Shown here piece by piece: positions 51,656-64,000 of a stretch of DNA of 64,000 nucleotides. How positions within the stretch are numbered: position 1 is the first letter of the stretch; every line of letters begins with the position of its first letter. A program made the position numbers and the translations under genes. A model generated the notes under the pieces. It did not search any database, had not been told where the DNA came from, and saw only the letters and a program-made list of their open reading frames with translations. Origin of the DNA: Cyanophora paradoxa CCMP329 (lineage: Eukaryota; Plantae; Glaucophyta). The stretch lies in the NCBI GenBank assembly GCA_004431415.1, contig QPMI01000163.1:1-64000 (forward strand), given 5' to 3'.

Positions 51656-54600
51656 ATGTTCGGAGCACAAAAACCCGCCACCTTCGGGTTCGGCGCCACG
51701 ACCGCCGCTCCTGGTACGCGCCTTGCAGCTCAGTTAGCGCATAAGCGCGTTAGCATGCGTTCTTCTTCGTGCGTGCGCCGCGAAAGAGCCGCTCTCACTT
51801 CCCTGACCCGCGCAGCTTTCGGGGCGACGGCGCCGGCATTCGGACAGCCGCAGCAGACCGCCTTTGGGCAGCCTGCGCAGCCTGCTGCGCCGGCATTTGG
51901 ACAGCCCACACCTTCCGCTTTCGGGCAGACCACAACACCGGCATTTGGCGCGAGCACAACTCCAGGTTCGCACCGCAGCGCCTGCAATGTGAATGGTCGC
52001 ATCGCATGCAGGCGCTTATTTCCGACAATCGTCAACGATGTAGGATTCGGAGCGACGCAGCCGGCCTTCGGGACTTCCTTCGGCGGCACGACATCCACCT
52101 TCGGGCAGCCTGCGACCACGTCGACTTTCGGCGCTCCGGCAACAGGTTTCGGCGCCACCACATCTGCCTTTGGCACGAGCACTCCTGGTCCGCCTTGGCG
52201 AAAGGATGCATTCGATCGCGTTCTGACCATGTGCTCAGCTCCTGCCTTCGGCGCAACTACCACACAGCCAACAACCTTCGGGTTCGGCGCGACGCAGCCG
52301 ACAGCTACTCCCGCTGCGTCCCCGTTCGGCGCTTCGACCTCAACTTTCGGAACCACGACGACAGCTTTCGGCACAACCGCGGCCCCTGCTTTCGGCGCGT
52401 CGACCACTACACCCGCCTTTGGTGCTTCGACGACTCCATCTCCCTTCGGGCAGAGCACTACGAGTGCCTTCGGCAACACCACGAATGCTTTCGGAGCGGC
52501 GACAACAACGCCGGCCTTCGGAGCCAGCACCGGAACGACGACGGCTTTCGGAGCCTCGACTGCAGGCACCTCTTTCTTTTCTTTCATTCCAAACCGGGGC
52601 GGAGCTCCTTGCTGACGCGCCCTCGCAGCATCCCCGTTCGGGGCGAAGCCGACGACTGGTTTCGGCTTCGGGACGCAACCGAGCACCTTCGGGGCGGCAC
52701 CGGCGACGTCCACCTTCTCGACGGGCTTCGGGACGACGACAGCACAGACGCCGGGCCTGTTCGGGCAGCCGGCTCAGCAGACAACGGGTGGCCTGTTCGG
52801 CGCGGCAACGCAGCAGCCGTCGGCCTTCGGCGCGTCGGCGTTCGGGGCGCAGCCGGCGTCGCAGGGGACGGGCAACCCGAAGTACCAAGAGACGAGCGAG
52901 CAGGACCCGAACAACCCGGCGGGGGGGATCCTGCGCCAGACGGCGATCACCGTGATGCCGGCCTACGCGCAGAAGTCCTTCGAGGAGCTCCGCTGGGAGG
53001 ACTACCAGATGGTCAAGGCCGGCCAGAAGCAGTGGGGCCAGGTCGCCGGGCCCTCCACGGGCGGCCTCTTCGGCGCCACCTCCACGCCCGGCTTCGGCGC
53101 CACCGCCAGCCCGTTCGGCGCCCCCGCCGCCACGTCGACGCCCTCTCTCTTCGGCGCCCCCGCCACGCCCGCGCCGTCTCCCTTCGGGGCCACGGCAGGG
53201 ACGACCTCCGCGTTCGGGCAGCCGGCGCAGCCGACGCAGCCGGCGGCCGGCGGCTTCTCGTTCGGACAGCAGCCGGCGCAGCAGCAGACTTCGGCCTTCT
53301 CGTTCGGGCAGACGCCGGCGGCCACCTCGACGCCCTCCTTCTCGTTCGGGCAGACGCCGGGGCAGCAGCCTCAGCAGCAGCAGAGCACCCTCGGGACCTT
53401 CTCCTTCGGTACCTCAACCACCCCTGCGGTACGCAGCCCGCCCCGCCCCGCCCCGCCCCGACACAGTCGCCCCGCTGACGCGCCCCCGCCCCGCAGGCCT
53501 CGCCCTTCGGCACCGCAACGACCCAGCCGGCGGCGGGCGCCGGGGGCTTCTCGTTCGGGACGGGGCAGGCGGGGGCGCAGCAGCAGCAGCAGAAGTCGCT
53601 GTTCGGGACACCGACGACGACGGGGACGACGGGCGGCTTCGGCTTCGGCACGACGACGCCCGCGACCACCACGCCCTCCTTCTCCTTCGGCGGCGCCACC
53701 TCCACACCCTCTTTCCGTGCGCACCCCCGGCCCCCCGCCGCCCGCGTCGCCGCTGACGACGCGCGGGCAGAGCCGGCCTCGGGCGGGCTCTTCGGGATGT
53801 CCTCGCCGGCGCAGCAGGCGCCGGCGACGGGCGGGCTGTTCGGGGGCGCGACGGGCTCGACCTTCGGGACGACGACGCCGTCGACCACCGGCGGCCTCTT
53901 CGGGACCACCGCCACCACCACCCCCTCCTTCAGCTTCAACCTCTCCCAGCCCGCCGCGCAGCAGCAGGCCCAGCAGCAGTGCGGCCTCCGCTTTCGCGCC
54001 GCCCCTCCCGCGCTCGCCTCACCGCCCCCGCGCAGGCCGCAGCCGGCGCCGACGGTCACGTCCAACCCCTTCGGCAGCAACCCACTCTTCGCCGCCGCTG
54101 CCGCGCCGGCCCCGACGCCGACGCTCGGCCTCGCCGGGGCGGCCTCGGGGGCGGGGAGCGGCCCCGTGGGCCTGAGCCAGAAGCAGGCGGTCAAGGTGAG
54201 CACGCCGCTGGCGTACAAGTCGACGCCGCGCTCGACGGTGAAGATCACGCCCCGCGGCGCCTCCCGCTCCGCCGCCAAGTCCGCCCTCTTCGACGGCGCC
54301 GACGGGGCCCCCGCGGCCCCGGGGGCCGCCTTCCCCAGCCCCGAGATGTTCGTGCCGCGCATCAGCAAGAAGACGCTCGTCATCGAGGGGCCCCTGGGCG
54401 GGCCCGACTCCTCCCCCGGCCCCGCCGACCGCACCTCCGGCGCCGTCCTCGACCTCGCCGCCACCCCCGGCGGCAGCGCCGGCGATAAGGCCAAGGGGCC
54501 CGCCGTCACCTCCCCCACCGGTCCGTGCGGCGCCGCGGGCCCCCTCTGGGCGCCCGTGCCGACGCGGGGCGCAGCGGAGGAGTTGGCGACGCCGGTTGCC

Positions 54601-57600
54601 AAGTCGCGGACGCAGATGCGCGAGCTGACGATCAACGGCACGACTCCGGGCGACACGCCCGGCCCCGCCAACGGGGACGCCACGCCCCTGCGCAGCGCCG
54701 AGAAGACGCCGGCCGGCCCGAGCGGCGTGGACAAGACGCCAGCCTCGCGGGGCAAGCAGCCGGCCGGCGGCGTGGTGCGGCCGACGCCGCGGCGTGCGGG
54801 CCGGGCGGCGGAGCCGGAGGCGCTGCTGCGGGAGCAGGAGAAGCGCCTCTCTAAGGGCTCGCCCAAGCTCTTTCCGGAGGGGGCGCTCATCACGACGGAG
54901 CCGACGATGGAGGAGTTCGCGCGGATGTCGTCGGAGGAGCTGGCGCACGTGAAGAACCTCAAGGTCTCCCACCCGCACGCCGGCTACATCCTCTGGCCCG
55001 AGGCGGACGTCCGCGGCGTCGACTTCGCCAAGGTCATCCTCTTCAACCCCGAGAAGAAGCAGGTCGAGGTCTACCCCGACCTCGACTCTAAGCCCCCGCG
55101 TGCGTCCCCCCCCCGCCCCCGCCCCCGCCCCGGCCCCGCTGAGGCCGCCGCGCAGGGGGCGAGAAGCTGAACCGGCGGGCGACGATCGTGCTGCACGGGC
55201 TCTTCCCGAAGCGGCGGGACGACCCCGAGGCGGCGCGCAAGTACCGGGAGAAGCTGGAGCTCTCGTGCTCCAAGGTGGACGCCAGGTTCGGGAGCTACGA
55301 CCCGGCGACGGGCGAGTGGGTCTTCCACGTCGAGCACTTCTCCAAGTACGGCCTCCTCGACGACGAGGACGAGGACCTGGACGAGCCGGCCCCGGACCCC
55401 CGCCCCCTCCTCGCCCGCGCCATCCCCCTGCCCCCCTCCGACGACGAGGAGGAGGGCGAGGGCGAGGGGGCCGAGGGCAGCGCCGCCGCCCCCGGCCGCC
55501 GGGCCGGCTCCTGGGGGCCCGACGTCCCCATGGCCGTCCCCGTCGCCTCGTACGGCGACGAGGAGGGGGCCCCCGAGGCGATGGTGCGCCCCCGCGCGCC
55601 CACCGCACTCCGCCCCGCCCCCGCCGACCGGGGCGGCAGGTGACGGAGGACGAGGAGCCGGCGCCGCTCGCCGTCGGCCCCGCCGAGGCCGACGCTGGGG
55701 CGGACGGGGGGCGCGGTGCGGGCTTCTTGCCCCGCCAGCTCGGCCTCGACGCTGCCAAGCTCCAAGTCATGAAGGTCCGCCCCGCCGCCGGCCCCCGGGG
55801 CGCCTTCTCTAGCGTAGCTTGATGAGATGGACTTCTGTGGTCTTCCTAAGGGCTCGGCCCCCGGATTTGTTCCCGCGTTGGGCCTATGAATAGAATTGAA
55901 CACCTCGTTTTACGCTTTACACGAACTACAAGAACTAAACACGCCTCTAGCCTCAACTCACTTCTTTCCCCACCCTCACTTCTTTCCCCTGGGAGCACGC
56001 CGCTGACTGGCCGCCGCGGTAGGCGTCTTTTTTTGGGCGAGGGGAGGAGGCGGCGGCGCGGAGGCCTGACGCGGAGGCGCGGGACTCGCTTCGCCTCCTC
56101 CCCGACCACGGTGCCCCCCGCGGCGCGCGCCACCCCCTCCCGGCCGGCGCCTTACCCGCCCGTGCCGACAGACGACGAGGGGCGCGGACGCGCGGCCGCC
56201 CGCCCCCGCCTGAGCGGCGCCAGCCTGGCCCTCGTGCCGCGGGGCCCGGCATCGACGCCGCAGCGGGCGCTGCTGCGCTTCCCCCGACGCCGTCGCTTGA
56301 TGCGCGGGTGACGGCGCCGCGCATGCTGCCCGTCCCGCCGACCGCTCGCTGGCGGCGCGCCGGAGCGCCTCTGGGCGGACGCCGGCCTCTCGATGGGCCG
56401 CTTCGCGCGGGTCGCGTGGGGGCCCGGGGGCGCCTGGCGCTGGTGCGGCCGGGGCACAGGCCCGACCGCGTGTGCGCGGCGACGGTGACGGTGGCGCGGG
56501 TGACGTGCGGGCCGGCGGAGGCCGTCGGCCTCCCCCGCGAGGCCGCCCTTGCCTTCCACGAGGCCCTCCTCACCGTCAGCCACCAGCACAGCTCCCGCCG
56601 CGACGACGGTCCGCCCCGCCCCGCCCCGCCTCCCCGTCGCCTCCCGCCCGCTCACCCGCGTCGCTCCGCAGGCGCCTTTGCGCTGCCGAGCGGGGCGGCC
56701 GCGATGACGCCCGTGCTGCGGGCGTACGCGCAGCGGATGGCGGACGCCGCCGCGCAGCTCGAAACGCTCGGTGCCGCGGAGGCCGCCGCCGCCGCCCGCC
56801 ACGGCGCGCTCGCCTGGCGCCTCATCGACGCCCTCTGGGGGGAGCAGACGGGTGCCCCTCGGCCCGCTCACGCCGCCCGCGCCGCTGACGGAGCGCGCAG
56901 AGCCGCCAGCACCGGCCGGGGGCGCGTCGGACTACGTGGAGGAGCTGCGGCGGCGGTTCGCCCTCACGCGCTGGCTCAAGGAGGCCGTCGAGGAGGCGGC
57001 GCGGGGCGACGCGGGGGCGGCGGCGGCGCGCAAGGACCACGTGCAGGCGGCGCTGGCGCACCTCTCGGGGCGGCAAGTGCGGGAGGCGTGCGAGGCGCTG
57101 GCGGCAGGGGGCGACGCGGTGGCGGCGGCGATGGCGGCGCAGGCCGGCGGCAGCGAGCGCGTGCGCGAGTACGTGCGGCAGCAGCTCGACGTCTGGCAGC
57201 GCAGCGGCGTCGCCGGCCGCATCAGTGCCGACCGCATCCGCCTCCTCAAGCTCCTCTCGGGAGACACGACGGTCCTCCCGTGCGCCCCGCTCCGCCTCCT
57301 GCCCCGCCCGCGCCCTGACGGCTGGCCAGGCTGCTGGACTGGAAGCGAGCGCTGGGGGTGCACCTGTGGTACGGCGTGCCGACGAACGCGCCGCTCGCGC
57401 GGGCCCTGGAGGCCTACGACGCGGCGGTGGCGGCCGGCCGCTCCCGGCCCGCCCTCCCCCCGCCCCTCGAGGAGCCCCTGCTCGCCGCCGCCCGCCCCCG
57501 CGGCCTCGTCGCCGCCCTGGCGCCGGGCGAGGCCCTCCCGGGGCCCCCGCGGGGCGCGAGGACGTGCTCGCGCAGCTGCTGCGGCTGTACGCGTCGGGGC

Positions 57601-58715
57601 GGCGCGGGCGGGGGCGGGGAGGCGGCGGCGCTGGACGTGCCCCGCATGCTCTCCTCGGAGGCGGCCTCGGGGTGGCCGCTGGACGCGGCGCTGGGCTGGC
57701 ACGTGCGGCAGGCCCTCGAGGCCCTCGCCGTCCTCCCCGCCAACTGCCTCGGGGACGCCCCGCACCTCGCCTACGCCGCCCAGCTCGAAGCCGCCGGGCT
57801 GCAGGCGTGGGCCCTCTACCCCGCCCTGCACCTCCCCGACGCCCCGCGCCGCGAGGCCGCCGTCGCCGAGCTCGCGGCCCGCCACGCCCCGCGCTGGAGG
57901 AGCGGGAGGAGGCCGGCGAGGCCGGCGAGGCGCGCGCGCGGGCGCGGGCGCTGGTGCTGCGGGGCCTCGGCGTGCGGGAGGAGACGCTGCTGCGGGGCGA
58001 GGCGGCGCTGGCGCGGAGCCGCTGGGGCGCGGCCCTCGAGGTCGAGCGGCTGCTCGCGTGCTGCGAGTACCGCGCGGCGCACGCGGCGCTTGTCCAGCGC
58101 CTCGCGCCGCGCGTCGTGGCGCGGGACGACCCCGCCGCCCTCGCCCGCCTGCGCGACCTGCTGCTCGCCCTCGAGCACAACGCGGCGGGGGCCCTCGGGC
58201 GCGAGTGGGAGGTCGAGGCGCGTGTCGAGGGCGAGCGGCTGCCCGGCGGCGCCGTCTGGCTCGACTACGCCCTCCTCTCCGAGCAGCTGCAGCCGCGGCT
58301 GCGGGCCCTCGCCGAGGGCCAGGCGGGCGCGGCGGAGGCCCTGGGCCCTCCTCGAGCGCGCCCAGCGCCTCGCCGAGGCCCTCGCCCAGCGCGAGCCAGG
58401 CCCCCAGCCGGCCGACCTCCACGTCCGGTCCGCCCCGTCCTGGCCCCCGCCTGCGCGGCTCTCGCGTGGCGGCGCCCCTGACGCCCTCGCCGCTGCAGGT
58501 TCTGCCTGGCGGAGATGTCGACGAGGGCGGCGCAGAACCTGCTGAAGATCCGGCGCGCGCTGGCGCTCGCGGCGGGGCGGCCGGCGCTCGAGGGCTCGCG
58601 GGACGTGGCGCGCCTGCTGCCGGGCCTCACGGCGCTGCCGGACAGCCACCGCCTCGAGATCGTGCGGCAGCTCTCCGCCGACCTCGTCGCCGCCCGCCCC
58701 GCCGCCCGCGCCTGA
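51656..58715 (+). CDS. NUP98: Nucleoporin Nup98-Nup96 precursor, spliced
   Basis: FG repeats; GLEBS (GTGNPKYQ..ITVMPAYAQKSFEELRWEDYQ); autoprotease domain ending WVFHVEHF^SKYGL (cleavage at 55340/55341); LGLDAAKLQVMK|ASFF; Nup96 motifs (LDWKRALGVHLWYG, YAAQLEAAGLQAWALY). Several homopolymer frameshifts at 57.5-58.4 kb. Confidence 0.92.
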
Positions 58716-59380
58716 TCACCGCCACCTACTTCCCCTCCTGCCCCTCTCCCCCGACCCTCCTGCCGTAGCCAGCGAGTCGTTCATGATTCAACAGTCATCA
58801 GGAAATGTGATCGTGAATTTATGAGTAGACTTCGCCCCTGCGCAGGACGCGCACGCGCACATGCTAAGAAGCTAATTATATGAACGGAACAGGGACACTG
58901 CAGTTAACGTTGCACTGCCCCTGGGCCTTTTCATTCGTGGGCGTTTTTCCTCGCAGGAACATCGCGCTGCGCTTCTTCTCCGGCGTGGACGCGGGGCGGA
59001 GGATGAAGCCCGTGCGGCTCGCCCCGCTCGGGCCGCTGCCCTCTCCGGCGCCGGCACCGGCTGCGCATGCCCCGGCGGTGGCCGCGGCCGGGCCCGCGGC
59101 AGGCCCCTCGAGCTCGTCGCCTGCAGGCCCCGCGCCAGCAGGCCCCTCCTCGTCCCATCATCGTAGTTTGTAGGAACCCCAGGGGGAGTGCACGCCCCCC
59201 TTCAGAGGGCCCTGCCGCGTCGTCCGCGGCTTCTCGCCCCGTAGGTAGCACCGCCGCTTCTAGCTCGCGTTGTCCGCAGCTAGTATGCCCGTGTTATCAA
59301 TGTGCACATGCGGGTCCCTACCTGCTCTCCCGCACTGCAGCTGCGGCAGCCGGACGTCGACCGGCCACTCGCACTCGTCT

Positions 59381-60247
59381 TCAGAAGTCAGACGTCGGCC
59401 TCCGCTTGAAGTGGGATCCGGAGCCGGAGCCGGAGCCGCTGCCCGGGCCGGCCTCGAGGAGGAGCTGGGCGGCGAAGTCGCCGTCCTCCACCTCCGTTAC
59501 GCTCTCCGTCCCCAGCGCCCGCGCCAGCCGCGCCGCCAGCATGTGCTTGCACTGCGCCCGGTGCCCGTCAGGGCGACACGAATGCGCAGCGCGCGGCCGC
59601 GGACGGACGTAGAGAGCTTCTGGCCTCGCCACGCTCAGATTCATGAACGCCTGGCGCGCGCGTGGGCGCGGGCGCGGCCCGGGACAGGCGAAGGCGAACG
59701 TCGACGCCCGCACCTGGCACGAGCAGTAGCGCGCGAGAACGACGTAGTAGGCGCGATCGTGGCCAATGACCTGCATGGGCGATTAGATCGCTCGAGCTCG
59801 CGCGAGACCGAGAAAAGCGAGCGCTCGCCCTGCTGAAACACCGGCCCGTCCTCCTCGCCACAACACGCTCCACCGCGGGCCTTGCCATCGCGTTTGAACT
59901 CTGTTTCTTGTCTAAAATCTCAAGTGCGTGCTCGAGACTCCGCGGAAAGAGCGGGATCAGCCTGAGCGAGGGCTTGCATCAGCAGCGCGCCAGCTAGCTG
60001 CATAGCAATGCCGGGCGCTGGGATCGCACTTCTCGAGAGCTGCATCGTCAACTGCGGCAGGGCGTCAGCAGCAACAAGCGTACGCGATGGAGCAGCTGGG
60101 CGCACGCTCTCCACGCGCCTCGATCTCCCGGAAGACCTCATCGGCCGCCGCGCGGAGCTGCGCACGGTTTACTCGCGCGCGACAACTCGCGCTGCGCCCG
60201 CAGACCTTCTCGTCTAACTGTAGTGATTCCGCGTTCGAATCCTCCAT
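59381..60247 (-). CDS. ZSWIM7: SWIM zinc-finger protein ZSWIM7/SWS1, spliced
   Basis: ..[31 protein letters not shown]|[19 protein letters not shown]|AFMNLSV..EALY|[10 protein letters not shown]: CxC-x-CKH SWIM motif in ZSWIM7-like context. Confidence 0.85.
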
Positions 60248-60618
60248 TTCTCGGCCTCGTGCATCGCGCGGCTGCTGAGCCGCGAACGCTTGCGAGAGAG
60301 AAGACTGATTCACTCGTGGGCCTGCGCCTTCAAGCGGCTGTCCGCTGATCTACAGCCAACGCGAACGGCGCGCTGTTGTGCCAGCGTCGAGGTCTGCCGT
60401 AACTTCGAGGCGTGTACCCCAACGCTGGATAGACGCCTGTACCCCATTCCACGAAGCTCAGAAGCTGATTGGTCCAGCAGCGAACGCGGTCGAGTGTCGT
60501 ACGAAGGCGCTCCGCCGGCCCTCGCCTTCAAAACGCCCGCGATGCGCCGCTTTAGTCATTCGCAATTTGCGAAGCGCGCGCCAGCGCAGGAACAACAGCG
60601 ACCAGCTAAGCGATCCTT

Positions 60619-61448
60619 ATGGGCCCGATCCTCTCCCGCGCCTTCGGCCGACTCTTCGGCGGTCCCCGCGACTACCGCATCTTGCTGGTGGGCCTCGACA
60701 ACGCCGGTGCGCTCGGCACGCCTAGCTAAGCGCTGGCCGCGGCTGACCTTGCCCGCGCCGGGACGGGCAGGTAAGACGACGATTCTCTACAAGCTTCGCC
60801 TCGGGGAGCTTGTGACGACCATCCCGACGATCGGCTTCAACGTGGAGCAGGTCGCGTACAAGAACATCTCCTTCACCATGTGGGACGGTGCGCCCCGCGC
60901 GCTGCCCGGCCGGCCTCCAGCTCGAGCTCTGGCCTGCGGCGGCCAACGCGGGGTGCGCGCGCAGTGGGCGGGCAGGACAAGATCCGGCCGCTGTGGAAGC
61001 ACTACTTCAACGGGTCGCACGCGGTGATCTACGTGGTGGACTCGGCAGACCGGGACCGCATGGACGAGGCGCGCGACGAGCTCGCGTACATGCTCAAGTC
61101 GCCCGAGCTCGAGGGCGCCGTGCGCCAGCGCCCGCCCGCTGCGCCGCCGCAGCGCCTGACGCGCCCCGCAGGCCGTCCTCGTCCTCGCGAACAAGCAGGA
61201 CCTGCCCGGCGCCCTGAACGCCGCCGACGTGACCAGCCGCCTCGACCTGCCCAAGAGCCGGCGGTGGTTTGTGCAGGTCCGCTCCGCCCGCCGCCCCCGC
61301 CCGCCGCGGCGCCCCCGCGCTGCACGCGGCGCGCTGACCGGGCAGCGGGCAGAGCTGCTGCGCCAAGACGGGGGAGGGGCTGTACGAGGGGCTGGACTGG
61401 CTCGCGGCGGCGCTGAAGACGTCCCCCAAGTTGAGGGCCGGCGCCTGA
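60619..61448 (+). CDS. ARF: ADP-ribosylation factor family GTPase, paralog 2 (4 introns)
   Basis: Same model as 50446-51270; visible protein difference LDLPK vs LDMPK. Confidence 0.93.
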
Positions 61449-61924
61449 TCCTGCCGCGTGCAGCCTGGCGGCCCCCGTACCCGCGGCCGCTCATGTACGA
61501 TAGTGCACCCTGTACAGACTGCAGCTTCCTCCAGGCCCTTCTTTGAATGTAAATGTACATGTGCGTCATGATCACGTATACGTACATGCGCACTGCGGCA
61601 TGTAATCTTGCGCATGCAACTTGCAATTGGCAATATTTTTAATTGCAATCGATCGAGCTCGAGCTCAGCTCCCTCCGTCGACGTCGGGCCTCCGAGGCCC
61701 TGAGGGGGTCCGAGCGCTAGTAGCCGCTGAGCTCGAGCGCTAGCTCTAGCGCTAGCCTCGAGCTCGCGATCGATATCGGAGGGGGTCCGAGGGGCTCCGC
61801 GGGGAGTACACAGTTCTTTTCGCCACCGCAAACTCAGGATGCGTTCTGGGCCGCAAAGCAATTCGCTATAGCCGCTCAGTCGTGCAGTCTGAAGGGCATT
61901 CTTACACCAAACCGAACAAGAACC

Positions 61925-64000
61925 ATGGCGACCCGCGCGGTCTTCGCCCTGCTCCTAGTAACCGTCGCCGTCGCGCACGCCGGTAAGCTCCCGGCGCGAA
62001 CGCTCAGCCGCTCGCAAAAGTGCATTCGTCTGGAACACCTTATCTCTCCGCAGGTTACGCGGCCGACCCGCCGGCGAGCTTCTATGACGACTCGCACAAC
62101 CAGCACATGCAGAAGCAGGCGCCGGCGTTCGTGCAGCACAAGCAGGCGCCTGTGCAGCAGCAGGACCAGAGTGCGCCCGCGGCTGCCCGCCTGCGGCCAC
62201 CGCTCTCGCGCGCGCTTGTTGGCGACTGCGGGCTCTGCGCGCTCCCTCGCGCTCGCTTCGCTGCGCAGATGTGATCAAGCCTACGCCGATCGTGCCGACC
62301 GTGCAGCGTACGTCGCCCAGCGGCTCTGCCTCTCCTGAGCCGTGGCCAAAGGCTGACACGAGCGGCTCGTGCGCAGCCCCCCCGCCCACGGCGACGCCCA
62401 CAGCGACGCCCACGGCGACACCCACAGCGACGTCCACGGCGACGCCCACAGCGACGCCCACGGCGACGCCCACAGCGACGCCCACAGAAACTGCCATCCG
62501 TTCGTTTATTTCTTCGGATGCCTGTCCACTGCTTGCGGTCGACAAGCCGCCAATAATCCGATCCACTGCAGCAACTGAGACCCCAACGGAGACCCCCACC
62601 GCGACCGCGACGCCGACAGCGACTGCCACGGCGACTGCCACTCGTGCGGCCTTGCGCCCTCGCTTCGCCCTGATTGCGAGGGCTTGGAGGCTGACTGGCG
62701 GGTCCGCCGCAGCAACTGAGACCGCCACCGCGACCGCGACGCCCACGGCGACTGCCACGGCGACCGCCACTCGTGCGGCCTTGCGCCCTCGCCTCGCCCT
62801 GATTGCGAGGGCTTGGAGGCTGACTGGCGGGTCCGCCGCAGCAACTGAGACCGCCACCGCGACCGCGACGCCGACAGCGACTGCCACGGCGACCGCCACT
62901 CGTGCGGCCTTGCGCCCTCGCCTCGCCCTGATTGCGAGGGCTTGGAGGCTGACTGGCGGGTCCGCCGCAGCAACTGAGACCGCGACGCCGACGGCGACCG
63001 CCACGGCTACCGCCACTCGTGCGGCCTTGCGCCCTCGCCTCGCCCTGATTGCGAGGGCTTGGAGGCTGACTGGCGGGTCCGCCGCAGCAACTGAGACAGT
63101 CACTGCAACCGCGACGCCCACAGCGACTGCCACTGCGACTGCCACGCCCACGGCGACTGTCACCGTGACTGCCACGCCCACGGCGACTGTCACTGCGACT
63201 GCCACGTCCACGGCGACTGTCACTGCGACTGCCACGCCCACGGCGACTGCCACGGCGACTGCCACGCCCACGCGTACGGCGACTGCCACGGCGACGCCCA
63301 CAGCGACTGCCACGGCGACTGCCACGCCCACGCGTACGGCGACTGCCACGGCGACGCCCACGGCGACTGCCACTGCGACTGCCACGCCCACGCGTACGGC
63401 GACTGCCACGGCGACGCCCACCGCGACTGCCACTGCGACTGCCACGCCCACGCGTACGGCGACTGCCACGGCGACGCCCACCGCGACTGCCACTGCGACT
63501 GCCACGCCCACGCGTACGGCGACTGCCACGGCGACGCCCACCGCGACTGCCACGGCGACTGCCACGCCCACGCGTACGGCGACTGCCACGGCGACGCCCA
63601 CCGCGACTGCCACTGCGACTGCCACGCCCACGCGTACGGCGACTGCCACGGCGACGCCCACCGCGACTGCCACGGCGACTGCCACGCCCACGCGTACGGC
63701 GACTGCTACGGCGACGCCCACCGCGACTGCCACGGCGACTGCCACGCCCACGCGTACGGCGACTGCCACGGCGACGCCCACCGCGACTGCCACGGCGACT
63801 GCCACGCCCACGCGTACGGCGACTGCTACGGCGACGCCCACCGCGACTGCCACGGCGACTGCCACGCCCACGCGTACGGCGACTGCCACGGCGACGCCCA
63901 CCGCGACTGCCACGGCGACTGCCACGCCCACGCGTACGGCGACTGCCACGGCGACGCCCACCGCGACTGCCACTGCGACTGCCACGCCCACGCGTACGGC
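61925..64000 (+). CDS. Secreted mucin-like Thr/Ala/Pro-rich glycoprotein (runs off window), spliced
   Basis: Signal peptide MATRAVFALLLVTVAVAHA; (PTAT)n and TATATATATPTRTATATATP repeats. Confidence 0.8.
62644..63087 (+). repeat. Four near-identical 69-bp introns (62644-62712, 62773-62841, 62902-62970, 63019-63087)
   Basis: GTGCGGCCTTGCGCCCTCGC...GGCTGACTGGCGGGTCCGCCGCAG repeated at periods 129, 129, 117 bp. Confidence 0.9.
63241..64000 (+). repeat. 60-bp coding minisatellite (>=12 copies)
   Basis: Successive 60-nt lines are near-identical (..gccacgcccacgcgtacggcgactgccacggcgacgccca). Confidence 0.95.

Noticed and set aside
55819-55900. Box C/D snoRNA in the NUP98 intron (TGATGA at 55820)
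   Set aside because: No CTGA box D at a suitable distance and no terminal stem; the only CTGA is the branch site
57540-58350. Programmed frameshifts or pseudogenisation of Nup96
   Set aside because: Shifts fall in G/C homopolymers, the same error type that distinguishes the repeat copies; sequencing error is more likely for an essential gene
61955-63991. 678-aa (VA)n hydrophobic ORF on the minus strand
   Set aside because: Antisense of the Thr/Ala repeat gene; signal peptide and splice sites are on the plus strand

Overview
Eukaryotic, very GC-rich, intron-dense nuclear DNA, so the ORF track is mostly misleading. A plastid-type transit peptide on a cyanobacterial DUF3727 gene points to an alga, possibly glaucophyte-like (inference only). 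Left half (2-32 kb) is rearranged. A 6.5-kb block carrying an EF-hand-family gene and the DUF3727 gene is tandemly duplicated. Copy 2 holds a 16.3-kb head-to-tail array (5 full units plus 1 partial, ~3.13 kb each) of a TA-flanked, non-autonomous TIR element. The element carries an intron-containing TCF25/Rqc1 fragment and has several nested right ends. Copy 1 shows what looks like the excision footprint (TA-C-TA) at the same site. The block is bracketed by a ~400-bp inverted repeat whose left copy abuts a Myb start codon. Right half is a compact run of housekeeping genes: 2xRRM, TPR/cNMP, TRF4/PAPD5, RagC/D, longin-like, LSM2, EMC7, CDC40, bL17, two inverted ARF paralogs around NUP98-96 and ZSWIM7, and a mucin-like gene. 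Splicing highlights are a textbook U12 AT-AC intron in EMC7, many GC-AG introns, and a 69-bp intron cloned four times by exon-intron duplication. Homopolymer indels suggest long-read consensus errors, so frameshifts need caution. All gene models were spliced by eye.
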